A stretch of DNA of 64,000 nt. Origin: Candidatus Peribacteria bacterium (lineage in GTDB: Bacteria; Patescibacteriota; Gracilibacteria; Peribacterales; Peribacteraceae). A program made the translations under genes and the position numbers. Location of the stretch: the NCBI GenBank assembly GCA_041691135.1, contig JBEPVF010000001.1:261493-325492 (forward strand), read 5' to 3'. Below the pieces are notes generated by a model, which ran no database searches, was not told where the DNA came from, and worked only from the letters and a program-made list of their open reading frames with translations. Positions 19,720 to 30,619 of this stretch are shown one piece after another; position 1 is the first letter of the stretch; each line of letters begins with the position of its first letter.

Positions 19720-21314
19720 TCCTGCACGATCGAAATATTACTCGGAATCGTCGTGATCTTCCCAGTCCACGGCGGCCACAGCGCAATTTCTACCTTTTCG
19801 ACCTCGGGCAGGTTGCGAATGATCTTCACTGCATCGGTGCGATGCAGGCCTACAATGAGTTCGCGTACTTTTTTTGCGAAATTCGCGCCGGTTGGAGTGA
19901 GCGGATCGAGCAGAAATTGTTCCGAGCCGGTAAGGTCGGCCGTACCTTTCACCCAGGTCAGATCGTCGGCAAAATTGATGATCGTGAACTTGAGCCGGTC
20001 GAGCGTCACACTGTCATCGAGCAGAGCTTTGCCGGTCTCGATATGCGCACTCAAGTCGTTTCGCAACATACCGAGAACATCGTTGATATCGAAAGCGACA
20101 ACTTTGTAATCGAGAGCGCCTTCAACAGGCACGGATGTAACTGTCTGGCCCAGAAACTGCGTCGGCAGGACAAAATCGTGATAGTAGATATGCATCAGAT
20201 CCTTGTCGTCGTCTTCGGTAAAGACTCTGAGGCTATGGCCGGGATGCGTGCGATTGTAGTCAGCGACCTGATCATCCACCATCTGACGGGCAGTCTGGAG
20301 CAGATCCTGTTCAAGTTTCTTGCGAGCGGTGTCGATGTCCTTCTGTTGCAGGACAAGCCTGGAAGAAGTGGTGCCCCCGGTCGCCGGTTGCTGGTTCTTG
20401 GCATAAATAATGTCTTTCTGATCCGATCCCAACGCCGGAAAATACCATTGGGTTCCAGCCGGTACATTGCCGCGTGCGCCGATGATCTCGCCGTATTGAT
20501 CGGTGTCTTCCGCAATCGCATTCACCATCGCTGTTCCACTGGCCGTCAGCACTGCGGAATTCTGCAGGCGAAAGACCAATCCCTGCGCATTCACCAGCCG
20601 ACTGTCTTTGCGGATACTTACGGAATCGCGAGTTGTATTGATTATTTTCATCCTTACATGTGACGGCGTTCCGGTGAATTGCTGGGTGATCTGATCGAAC
20701 GTGATCGTGCGTTTGGTGCTGACTTTGATGGGAATCAGGGGCGCATGACGTGCCAGAGGAGACACCTGCAATTGCGCGCCGCTCTGGGTCAGGTAAATAT
20801 TAACCGTTTGATTGACCGAGTCTTGGCGGGGCCAGATACGTACCTCGGCCGATGGCAGCAGACGCAGCACAACGAACAGAAAGAGAAGAACACTGGTGCC
20901 GATAAGCACCCAGATACGAAGCTTGGGAAGTGACAACAGGCCGATGGACTGAAGCCGCGTACGCAGTTGTTGGCTCCACAAGTGCGGCGAAAAAAGCCGT
21001 ACTGCTTCGTCGAGTTGCGAATTATCCTTCAGAAGTTGGCGCACCGCCGATAACCTGTCTACCACTTCTACATTCTGCCGCCGGCATTCTTCGGCTATCT
21101 GCGGTTGTTTGGTTGCCACCATCAAACGGTCTTTGAGTGTGCCGCATTCGTAGAAGAACATTTTCCGATCTTTTTCGTGGGCCTGAAGGGACAAGTGATC
21201 CTGCGGAGTGAAAATCAGCAGTACATCGCCCACGCTTTTTTGAATGCGCTTGAGAAACGCCGACCATGGTTCCTCTTCTCGCCGAAACAGGACAGTGCGG
21301 GTCGGAGTGGCCAT
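19716..21314 (-). CDS. Conserved hypothetical single-TM protein with baseplate-J-like segment
   Basis: Central TM. IINTT...LV...GLVF...GARGNVPAGT...N..PATGG resembles the baseplate J-like region of CPR proteins. Confidence 0.6.
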   Translation of the reverse strand: MATPTRTVLFRREEEPWSAFLKRIQKSVGDVLLIFTPQDHLSLQAHEKDRKMFFYECGTLKDRLMVATKQPQIAEECRRQNVEVVDRLSAVRQLLKDNSQLDEAVRLFSPHLWSQQLRTRLQSIGLLSLPKLRIWVLIGTSVLLFLFVVLRLLPSAEVRIWPRQDSVNQTVNIYLTQSGAQLQVSPLARHAPLIPIKVSTKRTITFDQITQQFTGTPSHVRMKIINTTRDSVSIRKDSRLVNAQGLVFRLQNSAVLTASGTAMVNAIAEDTDQYGEIIGARGNVPAGTQWYFPALGSDQKDIIYAKNQQPATGGTTSSRLVLQQKDIDTARKKLEQDLLQTARQMVDDQVADYNRTHPGHSLRVFTEDDDKDLMHIYYHDFVLPTQFLGQTVTSVPVEGALDYKVVAFDINDVLGMLRNDLSAHIETGKALLDDSVTLDRLKFTIINFADDLTWVKGTADLTGSEQFLLDPLTPTGANFAKKVRELIVGLHRTDAVKIIRNLPEVEKVEIALWPPWTGKITTIPSNISIVQE

Positions 21315-21353
21315 GGAAAAAGTCTGAGGAGAGGAAGATCGCGGCAGAGAATA

Positions 21354-22547
21354 CTACGCGCGAAGGGCGACAAGAGCAGGAAGCTCCTCGCCGGCGATGA
21401 ACTCGAGCATCGCCCCGCCTCCGGTACTGACAAACGTGTAGGCATCCAGAGGATACTGATACCGCACGTGAAAATCGATCGTATCACCGCCGCCGATGAT
21501 AGTCGTGGCGCCGCGCTGAGTGGCGCGCTGCAAAGCTTCGGCGATGCGCTTGGTGGCGTGCGAAAAGCGATTCACTTCATAGAAGCCCAATGGACCGTTC
21601 CACACAATCGTCGCAGCTTTCTCAATCACACGACAATACCGATCGATCGTTACCTTGCCGATATCGAACATGCTCATGTCGCCCATAACGTCTTCGACCG
21701 GCAGATCGATCTTCTCGGCTCCGTCCTCGGGACTTGTGGCAACCACTGCATCACGGGGAATATGAATCACCGCATGACCCTCCTGTTCGGACTCCAGCAT
21801 AAACTCCTGCGCCTGTTCCACGAACTCCTGTTCGTACTTGGACGTTCCCACGTCGAAACCGCGAGCCGCGACGAACGTGTTCGCAATGCAACCGCCCAGC
21901 AGAATATCGTCTCCCCGCGACAGGAAACGCTGAATCACCGGTATCTTGGTTTCCATTTTGGAACCGCTGATGATGAGTGCCAGCGGGCGTGCAGGATCAT
22001 CGATGATCCGCGAGAGGTTGGTGAGCTCTTTCTCGAGCTGCAAACCCGCGTATGCCGGTAGCAGATGCGCCAATGCCACCATACTGGCATGAGTGCGATG
22101 ACAATTGGTGAATGCGTCGTTGACATAAACATCTCCCAACGCCGCCAGTTGTTTGGCAAAGCCTTCGTCGTTCTTTTCTTCACCCGGTTCGTAGCGCAGA
22201 TTCTCCAGAAGCAAAACTTCTCCCGGCTTGAGTTTTTTTGCGGCCGCCTCGGCATCGGGACCCACTATGGCTTCGCTGAAGTGAACCGGCACTCCCAGAA
22301 GTCGTTCGAGTTCGGGAACAATCGGCGCCTGACTGAAAGCCGGATCGCGTTTTCCTTTGGGACGCCCCTGATGCGACAGCAGAATAAGCGCTCCTTCTTT
22401 CAAAATACGCCGCATCGTCGGTACTATTGCCTCGATGCGCTCCGTTTCCATCACTTTTCCATTCTCGATCTTTACATCGAACCCCGCCCGCAACAGCACG
22501 CGCTTTCCCTTCATGTCGGCCTGATCCAGTGTGCGGTAGTTCGTCAT
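21354..22547 (-). CDS. pgk: Phosphoglycerate kinase
   Basis: GKRVLLR, SHQGRP, LLENLR, YVNDAF, WNGPLG, GGGDT, STGGGA. Confidence 0.97.
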   Translation of the reverse strand: MTNYRTLDQADMKGKRVLLRAGFDVKIENGKVMETERIEAIVPTMRRILKEGALILLSHQGRPKGKRDPAFSQAPIVPELERLLGVPVHFSEAIVGPDAEAAAKKLKPGEVLLLENLRYEPGEEKNDEGFAKQLAALGDVYVNDAFTNCHRTHASMVALAHLLPAYAGLQLEKELTNLSRIIDDPARPLALIISGSKMETKIPVIQRFLSRGDDILLGGCIANTFVAARGFDVGTSKYEQEFVEQAQEFMLESEQEGHAVIHIPRDAVVATSPEDGAEKIDLPVEDVMGDMSMFDIGKVTIDRYCRVIEKAATIVWNGPLGFYEVNRFSHATKRIAEALQRATQRGATTIIGGGDTIDFHVRYQYPLDAYTFVSTGGGAMLEFIAGEELPALVALRA

Positions 22548-22669
22548 GTGTTCCTGATTGTAGAGAAAGGGTTGTATGTTTGGAATACCGCAACGGGAAG
22601 AAACCGAGGCAACCAATGGAATCGACGGTTCCCTCTTCCACTCTGCCGCCTCACCAGTATCATAGTTCC

Positions 22670-23761
22670 ATGTCACCCCTGCTCTTCATTCCGTTGTTGG
22701 CGCTTGCCTGCTCGGTCATTGGATACGCAGCAACGCTCAAAATTTTCCCCAGGCTGGGATTGGTTGATTTTCCAAACCGCTACGGACTCAGTCGCACACC
22801 TATTCCATATCCGGCCGGCATCGTGGCCGTCGTTGTTTTTCTCATCTTCTTCGGCATCGTAGAGCCTACGACGGAAAAGAAAATCGGCGTGATTATAGGA
22901 ATCATTCTGCTGACGATATTCTCATTCATCGATGACCGCCGGCCGCTGCCCTCGTGGATACGCTTATTGGTACACATCGCGATTGCGTGTCTGATCTTTG
23001 CAACCGGTACGCGCATCTATTCGCTCACCAATCCGTTGGCCGGGTCACTGCAAGTCGGCGGCCATTTTATACTGAATGATATTTTTCAACTCGATACGAT
23101 CAAGATTCTGGTGCCGCACTTCGGATTACTTCCCGTTGCCAGCGGACTCTTCACGTTGCTGTGGCTCGGGATGACCATCAATGCTCTCAACTGGTTCGAC
23201 GGCATCTCGGGCCAGGTGAGCCTGCTTTCGACCATCGGCTTCTTCACCATCGGCTTTTTGTCGCTGAGCGATCGGGTCAACGAACCGTCGTTGGCGCTCC
23301 TCGCCTTCCTGCTCGGCGCACTTGCCTTCGGTTCGCTCATGTTTGATTTTCCGCCGCCCAAGCTGCTGCTCGGCGATACGGGCGCCATGTTCTTCGGTCT
23401 GATGCTCGGCGTCCTCACTATCTATTCCGGAGGAAAAGTGGCAACCATGTTCCTCGTGCTTGGCGTTCCGCTGATTGATTCGGTACTCGTGGTGATCCGA
23501 CGCCTTCTGAAAGGCAAATCCATCTTCCAGGGCAATACGCGCGATGAGCACCTCCATCATCGCCTGCTGCAGAAAGGCTGGACTCCTCGCCAGGTGCTCT
23601 GCCTCACCGCGGCCCTGGGAGCCAGCTTCGGCATCATTGCTCTGTTTTTGGATACCCTCTCCAAGTTTCTCGCCGCCGTTCTTCTTTTTCTGATCATGCT
23701 CCTGCTGTCGCAGTACTCCCGGCCGCGGCCGCAAGAATCTATTGACCCACGCCCGCATTAA
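22670..23761 (+). CDS. MraY/WecA/TagO family UDP-GlcNAc:undecaprenyl-P GlcNAc-1-P transferase
   Basis: Polytopic protein with IDD, NALNWFDG, LLGDTGA and HLHHRL motifs. Confidence 0.9.
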   Translation: MSPLLFIPLLALACSVIGYAATLKIFPRLGLVDFPNRYGLSRTPIPYPAGIVAVVVFLIFFGIVEPTTEKKIGVIIGIILLTIFSFIDDRRPLPSWIRLLVHIAIACLIFATGTRIYSLTNPLAGSLQVGGHFILNDIFQLDTIKILVPHFGLLPVASGLFTLLWLGMTINALNWFDGISGQVSLLSTIGFFTIGFLSLSDRVNEPSLALLAFLLGALAFGSLMFDFPPPKLLLGDTGAMFFGLMLGVLTIYSGGKVATMFLVLGVPLIDSVLVVIRRLLKGKSIFQGNTRDEHLHHRLLQKGWTPRQVLCLTAALGASFGIIALFLDTLSKFLAAVLLFLIMLLLSQYSRPRPQESIDPRPH

Positions 23762-23799
23762 TTTAGATTTGCTGTCTATTCCCTTTCCTCCCTTTATTT

Positions 23800-24540
23800 A
23801 TGCGTAACACGCGAATCGCCATGGCGGTTGCCACACCGCTCGTGCTGCTGCTCATCGCTCCTGCCGCCTTGGCTGCGGACGATTTCAGCAACGTCACTTT
23901 CGATCCGTCCGATGACGGCTCGATTACCGTAACAGCCAATGTCTACAAGGACATGAAACCGGATATCCTGAACCTGAGTATTTCCTGCGATTACTCGCAA
24001 CAAGCGGTTCCGCGCAAGGACCTGCTTCAGAAATTCCAGCAAACGTTCACCGACCTCAAAACAATCGTCGGCACAGACGGCGACGTGCGCAAGACCGGTC
24101 GTACCGTCTACGCCGGCTACATCGATCCATCCGCACCAGGCATAGACCAAACTTTCACTGGTAATGCCAGTTTTCTTGTTCGCAACTTCAAAGGCGACAA
24201 TGCTACGGCAGTGCAAGATGCCATCGAAACGAAACTCCCCGGCTGCACGCCATCATGGGATGCACGCGTTCTGTACGTCGAAAAAGCGGCTACCGAAGAT
24301 TACGGCGAACTGATGGAACAGGTGATGTCGCAAAAAGCGTTCTACGAGAAGATGATCAATAAGAAACTCACACGCATGACAAATGCTTCACTCAGCGGCT
24401 ATGCCGATTCCACCTACTATGGCGGCGGCGGCTATGGATCGAATTCCTCCCCTTACGATCCTGAGACGAACACTCTCACCATGAATATCAGCCTGTCCGT
24501 CAGTTTCGAATTCGCACCCAAAAAAGACACCACCAAATAA
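23800..24540 (+). CDS. Secreted protein, SIMPL/DUF541-like
   Basis: Signal peptide (ALA-A), SITVTA...KPDILNLSIS at the N-terminus and C-terminal SLSVSFE strand. Confidence 0.55.
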   Translation: MRNTRIAMAVATPLVLLLIAPAALAADDFSNVTFDPSDDGSITVTANVYKDMKPDILNLSISCDYSQQAVPRKDLLQKFQQTFTDLKTIVGTDGDVRKTGRTVYAGYIDPSAPGIDQTFTGNASFLVRNFKGDNATAVQDAIETKLPGCTPSWDARVLYVEKAATEDYGELMEQVMSQKAFYEKMINKKLTRMTNASLSGYADSTYYGGGGYGSNSSPYDPETNTLTMNISLSVSFEFAPKKDTTK

Positions 24541-24560
24541 GAATCCGTTTGATTTCAACA

Positions 24561-24593
24561 CAAAGACGCCAGAAGATTCTTCTGGCGTCTTTG
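24561..24593. terminator. Bidirectional intrinsic terminator
   Basis: CAAAGACGCCAGAAGA-T-TCTTCTGGCGTCTTTG between convergent genes. Confidence 0.75.
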
Positions 24594-24618
24594 GTCTATC
24601 TCAGTGGTTCTTCCCAAT

Positions 24619-26115
24619 TTACCGTGCCTCAAACTTGATCGGCTCTCCCTGATAATCGCCTGGTTGGATAAGCGGAACAACGGTGGGAGTGCGTCCGAGT
24701 ATTTCGATGGTCGCCTCGCCCGCATGAATATCCAATGATGTCAGAGTGGACGGCCGGAAGTCGGCATCACCGAAAGCGGTGCGGAAGACCAGATCTTTCT
24801 TGAGCAGCGGATTCAAGACCGTATTACCATTTTCGTCGACGAAGCGCAGATGAAGTGTCATCCATGCCCGTCGGATACCCTCCGACGAATCCGGAATGAT
24901 TTCGATACGGGCGAATGGCTGGGGCGCAGACGCGATCGGAGCAGCTGCCACCGACACGCCTGATGCAATGGAAGACACGGCGGCGGAACTCGCTGCGACA
25001 GGAAGAGGAGCCGGCACAGCTGTCGGGCGGGCGTCAGCCACGGCCGTTCGGTCGATAAGACTGGGCTGACTGCTGGCAACTGCCAGACGATTCAAACGAG
25101 CCTGTAACCGTTCCTGCTGATGACTCACCAGGAGAGAAATCTTCGAAGCGGCAGAAGAGGATGCTTGCGCCACCGTAGCAATGAATGGCGCGTAATGTGC
25201 CTGCACGTAAGCAACCGGACTGATCGTTTCGGCCAAACCGCGCGACTGGAATTGCTTGGAGTCAACTGCCTCCGTATACGACAAGCCGACTGCCGTCGCA
25301 TCTTTGGTGGTGAAGGGCCATTCCATATGCGAACCGACAATGCCGTCATGCTTATAATCGCGATCGATCTGGAAATGCAGGTGCGCCGTCGTGGCGAAAC
25401 CGGTCGATCCGACTTTGCCGACCAACTGTCCTTTTTCCAGGATCATTCCTTCGGACACATCCACTTCACTCAAGTGCGCATAGCCGGCAAACAGCGTGAT
25501 GCCACGTGAGGGATCGGCTGGGTCTGGGGCATTGGCAGTCTTCACAACAACATAGTTACCGAAACCAGACGGATCATTCCCGATACGCGCGACAACGCCG
25601 TGCATAGAACTGACGACCGGCGTGCCAGCCAGAGCATAAATATCCACACCCGGATGACTTCCATCCATATCGTGTCCCGTGGCGTACGAACCCATATATC
25701 CAATGGGATAGGCCAGCATGAGTTTGTCAGACCGCTGCGCTTGTACATCATACGGCGGCAAATCGATCAGGAAATCCTGCGGCAACTGGTCATACGTAAA
25801 GTCCTTATGATTTCCACCATACTGCGCCCAACGCTTGTAATCAGGAATCTTCACCGGCGATACGGTGCCATCGTAGGTAATCAGGCTCTGATCCACTTCG
25901 GCGAACATGGCGCTGAGCATCACGTTCCATCCGTGAGTGCCCACAAGGTTGCCGGCCGCGAACGCAAACATGGAGAACAGAGCAGTCCAGAAGGCAAACT
26001 TCCGCGATAGATAGCGGAGAATTGACATCTGCTTCTTGCGATACATCGGCAGTGTCCGAAAGCCCATTGTACGTCGTGAGCGAATCTTCATAATGGTTGT
26101 GTATGTTTCATACAT
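24619..26115 (-). CDS. M23 family peptidoglycan metallopeptidase
   Basis: HPGVDI (HxxxD), GFGNYVVV, YAHL, VGSTG, HLHFQI. Start uncertain. Confidence 0.88.
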   Translation of the reverse strand: MYETYTTIMKIRSRRTMGFRTLPMYRKKQMSILRYLSRKFAFWTALFSMFAFAAGNLVGTHGWNVMLSAMFAEVDQSLITYDGTVSPVKIPDYKRWAQYGGNHKDFTYDQLPQDFLIDLPPYDVQAQRSDKLMLAYPIGYMGSYATGHDMDGSHPGVDIYALAGTPVVSSMHGVVARIGNDPSGFGNYVVVKTANAPDPADPSRGITLFAGYAHLSEVDVSEGMILEKGQLVGKVGSTGFATTAHLHFQIDRDYKHDGIVGSHMEWPFTTKDATAVGLSYTEAVDSKQFQSRGLAETISPVAYVQAHYAPFIATVAQASSSAASKISLLVSHQQERLQARLNRLAVASSQPSLIDRTAVADARPTAVPAPLPVAASSAAVSSIASGVSVAAAPIASAPQPFARIEIIPDSSEGIRRAWMTLHLRFVDENGNTVLNPLLKKDLVFRTAFGDADFRPSTLTSLDIHAGEATIEILGRTPTVVPLIQPGDYQGEPIKFEAR

Positions 26116-26143
26116 ATTGTAGCACTTTTTCTATTTTCGGTCA

Positions 26144-27166
26144 ATGGTCGAATCTATCCAAATAACACTGGCAAACAGCGAACAGACGCGCAAATGTGGC
26201 GCTTCCTTAGCTGTAACGCTGTACCGTCGTCCACTCGACATCGCCCTGATGGGCAACCTCGGCGCCGGCAAGACGACATTTCTGCAGGGCTTCGCACAGG
26301 CATTGGGGATCCAAGAAGTCATCACCAGTCCTACGTACGCGCTGGAACAACGCTATAGGACATCTGACCGAACCGAATTCATTCATCTCGATCTGTATCG
26401 GTTGGAATCGGCTGAAGCTGCAAAGATCCTTCGACAATCGGATGATCATCAGGGCATCCGCTGCATTGAATGGGCTGATCGTGTTCCTGCCAGCACGAAT
26501 GAATCGGATATGCTCAGGATCCAGCTGGAAGAAGAAGGAGATCATCGCCATCTTATCTGCACGTTCGAGGACACTCCCCTTCCTTCACGCACAACGATTG
26601 AAGAATGGAGAGCGCTCGTTCGGGCACCTGCTCATATAACGGAACATTGTGAGGCTGTAGCCGACGTGGCAGCACAAGTAGCCGACGCACTCATCGCTGA
26701 TGGACGATTGGTCAGAAAACACGTGTTGGTAGCCGCCGCATTGGTCCATGATCTGTTTCGTTTCGTCGATTTTCGCTCGCAGGCGCTGCCACCGGGCATT
26801 CAGGAACCTACTGCGGAGCAAACCAAAACCTGGGAGTACTGGAAGCAGAAATATCCGCAAGCACCTCACGAAATGGCCTGTCCCCTCTTTCTACGCGAGC
26901 ATGGCTACCAGGCCGTCGCCGAAATCGTAGAAACGCATGGACTCCATCACTTCCCTGCCCTCCACCGCACTATCGAACAGAAAATCCTGTTCTACGCAGA
27001 CAAGCGTGTGCGACATGATCAGATCGTTTCGCTGGAAGAACGCTTCACCGATATTGCCAACCGCTATGCAGACGGCAAACCCAACGATAAGAATCGAATG
27101 TGGCTGGAAGAATCACAGAAAATCGAACGGAGCTTGTTTCCAAATCGTGTTCCACTCCTCTCGTAA
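26144..27166 (+). CDS. tsaE: TsaE (t6A ATPase) fused to a C-terminal HD domain
   Basis: GNLGAGKTT, ITSPTY, HLDLYRL, IEWAD, followed by H..EH, LVHD, H, HG, YADKRV. Confidence 0.88.
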   Translation: MVESIQITLANSEQTRKCGASLAVTLYRRPLDIALMGNLGAGKTTFLQGFAQALGIQEVITSPTYALEQRYRTSDRTEFIHLDLYRLESAEAAKILRQSDDHQGIRCIEWADRVPASTNESDMLRIQLEEEGDHRHLICTFEDTPLPSRTTIEEWRALVRAPAHITEHCEAVADVAAQVADALIADGRLVRKHVLVAAALVHDLFRFVDFRSQALPPGIQEPTAEQTKTWEYWKQKYPQAPHEMACPLFLREHGYQAVAEIVETHGLHHFPALHRTIEQKILFYADKRVRHDQIVSLEERFTDIANRYADGKPNDKNRMWLEESQKIERSLFPNRVPLLS

Positions 27167-27184
27167 TCTGTGGTCACCGTTTAT

Positions 27185-27760
27185 TTAGATTTTCCAGGGA
27201 AGCACTTGAAACGACAGCCATTGGAGAAACCACGTATCATCCGCGTTGCGCAGAATCAGGATAGTGAGAATACCGAGCAGAAAGAAGGCAAAGAACAAAT
27301 TGAACTGCTCCCCTGCCGTCCATGCCGAGCGCGTTGCGAATGATTTGGCGCGCAGATGACCGCGACTATTAAGGAGAACGCGCATGAATCGAAGCAGAAT
27401 CAGAAGTTTCGAGACGAGAATACCGAGAAAGCTGGCCAATGTGAGTCGCACGCTGGGCGAAAAATGCAGCGCCTGAAACCCAGGTGAGGCGCTCAGAACC
27501 AGTGCAATGCACAGTCCCAAGCTGAGTAGCATGATATCCGCTGCACTTTCGCGGATAGTCCCCCGCCAGGTCAATCGCCAGCTGCACCGATGATACTCGC
27601 GGTATTTTACGACATCTAACGCCATGTGCCCGATGATCAGCAGCGCAAAGACGCCAAAATTGAGAAGTGCCGCCAGGATGAGTGATACCACGAAGAATCC
27701 AGCCCGGAATGCCGGAATTTCATCATGTATCTCAGCCAAATATCGTAAGGCAGCTCGCAT
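27185..27760 (-). CDS. Hypothetical membrane protein
   Basis: Four to five hydrophobic segments. Confidence 0.7.
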   Translation of the reverse strand: MRAALRYLAEIHDEIPAFRAGFFVVSLILAALLNFGVFALLIIGHMALDVVKYREYHRCSWRLTWRGTIRESAADIMLLSLGLCIALVLSASPGFQALHFSPSVRLTLASFLGILVSKLLILLRFMRVLLNSRGHLRAKSFATRSAWTAGEQFNLFFAFFLLGILTILILRNADDTWFLQWLSFQVLPWKI

Positions 27761-27825
27761 GAGTAAGAGACATTGGTATGAATATTAGTAGTATTATTAT
27801 ATCATTATTTTGACAAAATTACTAG

Positions 27826-29112
27826 TCATTGCTTATTACTATTATTGCCGCGGATGATCGACCGTGTTTTCGTCAGGCGGTCGCGCACTTCTTTCTCGAA
27901 TCCCCGATCAGTCGGATCGTAGAAAATTTGCGGCTGCAGGCCTATCGGAAAGTAATTCGCCTCCACAATTCCAGCCGGTGCGTCGTGCGGATACTGATAA
28001 TCCTGTCCATATCCCTGCTGAGCCATACCTTTGACCGGCGCATTTCGCAGATGATTCGGTACCTCGCTGAGCGGTGCGGCGCGAAGTGCGGCTTTGACAC
28101 CGCCCATTGCCCGGGTGGTCGCATTGCTTTTCGGCGCCTGCGCCAGATAGACACACGCATGTGCCAGAAAAAACTCGCCTTCCGGCAATCCCACGAATTC
28201 GAACGCCTGCCAGGCAGACATCACGTGTGTCAGAGCATGCGGATCGGCGTTGCCGACATCTTCGCTGGCGAAAATGGCCATCCGCCGGAACAGAAACCGC
28301 GGCTGCTCGCCGGCATTGAGCATGGTGTAGAGCCAGGCGAGCGACGCATCCACGTCACTGCCACGCATGGATTTGATAAAGGCCGAAACCACATTGTAGT
28401 GATCCTCATCGCCCTTATCGTAGCGCTGGCGGCGTTCCTTGAGCAGTCGTTCGGCATCCTGGACCGACACCCGGTTGCCCGCGGTCGTCACCGCCAGTTC
28501 CAAACTGTTCAGAGCCACGCGTGCGTCGCCGTTTGCGACCTGTGCAATGCGCTCCAGCGCCCCTTCGTCCACTTGTACTTTGCCGCCGTAGCCATGTGAA
28601 TCAGTCAGAGCGCGGCGCAGAATCGTCAGCAGATCCTCCATCGACAGCGGCTTGAGCAAATAGACCTGTGACCGCGACAGAAGGGCCTGATTCACTTCGA
28701 AGTACGGATTTTGCGTCGTGGCGCCGATGAGTGTGACAGCACCGCTTTCCACGAATGGCAACAGAGCATCCTGCTGTGATTTGTTGAATCGATGGATTTC
28801 GTCGATGAACAACACGGTCCGATGATGGAGCGATTGCTGCCCGCGACTCGCCTGCTCCGTTACCGCCTTGATATCCTTTACGCCACTGGTAACCGCATTC
28901 AGCTGGACGAAATCGGCAGTGGTTATTTCGGCAATGATGCGAGCCAACGATGTTTTTCCGGTCCCCGGCGGCCCGGCCAAAATAAGTGACGACAGCTGGT
29001 CGTTGAGGATGAGATTTCGAAGGGCGCTCCCCTCTCCCACGATTTCTTCCTGACCGACAAAATCCTCCAGACGAGTCGGGCGCAGGCGATAGGCAAGGGG
29101 TGGAAGGTTCAT
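27826..29112 (-). CDS. rarA: Replication-associated recombination protein A (AAA+ ATPase)
   Basis: [51 protein letters not shown]. Confidence 0.96.
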   Translation of the reverse strand: MNLPPLAYRLRPTRLEDFVGQEEIVGEGSALRNLILNDQLSSLILAGPPGTGKTSLARIIAEITTADFVQLNAVTSGVKDIKAVTEQASRGQQSLHHRTVLFIDEIHRFNKSQQDALLPFVESGAVTLIGATTQNPYFEVNQALLSRSQVYLLKPLSMEDLLTILRRALTDSHGYGGKVQVDEGALERIAQVANGDARVALNSLELAVTTAGNRVSVQDAERLLKERRQRYDKGDEDHYNVVSAFIKSMRGSDVDASLAWLYTMLNAGEQPRFLFRRMAIFASEDVGNADPHALTHVMSAWQAFEFVGLPEGEFFLAHACVYLAQAPKSNATTRAMGGVKAALRAAPLSEVPNHLRNAPVKGMAQQGYGQDYQYPHDAPAGIVEANYFPIGLQPQIFYDPTDRGFEKEVRDRLTKTRSIIRGNNSNKQ

Positions 29113-29141
29113 GAGAAAAGAAACCGATGCTAAGAAATAAT

Positions 29142-29588
29142 CTATGCACTCGTCTTGAGCGCTTGTATATCGTCAAGGATTTGCTGAGCGTGGGCTATGC
29201 AGTCGATTTTCTCGTAGATTGTTTGAATGACGCCATTCGGGTCGATCAGGAACGAGGTGCGTTTGGGAAAAAGTGTACCAACCCCGTACGCAGTGATGAT
29301 TGTGCGATCGGTATCGACGAGAAGTGGAAACGGCAGTTGATATTTTTCGGCAAACATCCGATGGCTCTCTTGGGAATCGGCACTGACGCCTACGATATGC
29401 ACTTTGGGCTGAAATTGCGGATGGAGATCGCGAAAACCACATGCTTCTTTCGTGCATCCGTCCGTATCGTCTTTCGGATAAAAGTAGAGCAGAAGCCACG
29501 CTCCCCGATAATCAAGCAGCTGATGCCGTGCTCCCGTCTGATCAACGGCATCGAAGCCTGGAGCCGGACTATGGACAGATGCTGTCAT
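29142..29588 (-). CDS. bcp: Peroxiredoxin BCP/PrxQ
   Basis: YFYPKDDTDGCTKEAC, GVSADS, RTSFLID. Confidence 0.92.
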   Translation of the reverse strand: MTASVHSPAPGFDAVDQTGARHQLLDYRGAWLLLYFYPKDDTDGCTKEACGFRDLHPQFQPKVHIVGVSADSQESHRMFAEKYQLPFPLLVDTDRTIITAYGVGTLFPKRTSFLIDPNGVIQTIYEKIDCIAHAQQILDDIQALKTSA

Positions 29589-29619
29589 AAATCGAGCCTA
29601 CGCTCCTCTTCTTTTCCAC

Positions 29620-30579
29620 TCAACGGCGGCGGGCCGTATTTTGCAGAGATTGTCGCAAATACTCCTCACCGGCAGCCACCAGGGATAGGAGCTCCGGTAC
29701 CGCTGCGCCATCCATACTCGCCAGAGCCGCCAGCTTATCCCCGTCAGCTTGGGGCAGGACTGAAAACGGCACACCCAATGCCAAAGCGGCAAGAGCGCCA
29801 TGGTATCGCTGCGACACGACAAACGCCGAGGGGAACACGACCTCCACAAGTTCTTGCACGGTTGTGACCGAACGGACAGTAGCTTCGAGCTTTTCGGCCA
29901 GAACGGCGGCGACACTCCGCTCAACGGGATCATCACCCTGCAGGCACAGAACGACGACCGAATTATATATGGCCTGTGCCTGAGCATCGCGAACAACCTT
30001 CAAAAAGGTCGCATCCGAATTTTTCCGTGGGATCACGGTCAGTATTTTTTGCGTCACTTCGGTGTGATTGTCTCCGTGCAACATAGAAAAGACCGGATCA
30101 AAACTCTGGATAACGGGGACGGGCAATTGCCAGTGATCCACAAGTTTCTTGGATTCCGCGTCGCGCACCGAGATCGATGCCGCCCACCGGCAGACTTGCC
30201 TAGCCAGCCGCTCCCCTCTTTTCGAGTTCAATGGACCAATTCCCTGGAAAGCCAAATGGATAGGTTTACGAAGAACATGTGCAACCGACGCATGGATCCA
30301 CCACAAGAAACAGGCATAGGGTGACTCGCTGTCGGTAAACAGCGATCCCCCACCGAACACAACCGCATCACTATAGCAGTAGGCGCCAATCGTACGGATC
30401 CATCGAAAGGAAAGCAGTGATCGAAAGCCACCCGGCAGACGAGAACGTTCCCGGGCCGTCTGAGGATGAGCAGACAGAACAGTCCATTCGACCTCAGGAA
30501 AATGCGTCAAAAAATATTCTTTCAGTGCTTCGTCACCGAGATTCCCCACCCCATAATTGCCCACGAGAAGACAGCGCAT
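29620..30579 (-). CDS. Polysaccharide pyruvyl transferase (CsaB-like)
   Basis: GNYGVGNLGDEA, GGGSLFTD, QGIGPL, SVRDAES, RYHG. Confidence 0.88.
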   Translation of the reverse strand: MRCLLVGNYGVGNLGDEALKEYFLTHFPEVEWTVLSAHPQTARERSRLPGGFRSLLSFRWIRTIGAYCYSDAVVFGGGSLFTDSESPYACFLWWIHASVAHVLRKPIHLAFQGIGPLNSKRGERLARQVCRWAASISVRDAESKKLVDHWQLPVPVIQSFDPVFSMLHGDNHTEVTQKILTVIPRKNSDATFLKVVRDAQAQAIYNSVVVLCLQGDDPVERSVAAVLAEKLEATVRSVTTVQELVEVVFPSAFVVSQRYHGALAALALGVPFSVLPQADGDKLAALASMDGAAVPELLSLVAAGEEYLRQSLQNTARRR

Positions 30580-30619
30580 GGCAGAAGTATAGCGAATGTC
30601 TTGGTTCCCTCTGATGGTT

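Noticed and set aside
19716-21314. Phage baseplate or contractile system
   Set aside because: Only a J-like segment in a membrane protein within housekeeping context; no other phage genes.
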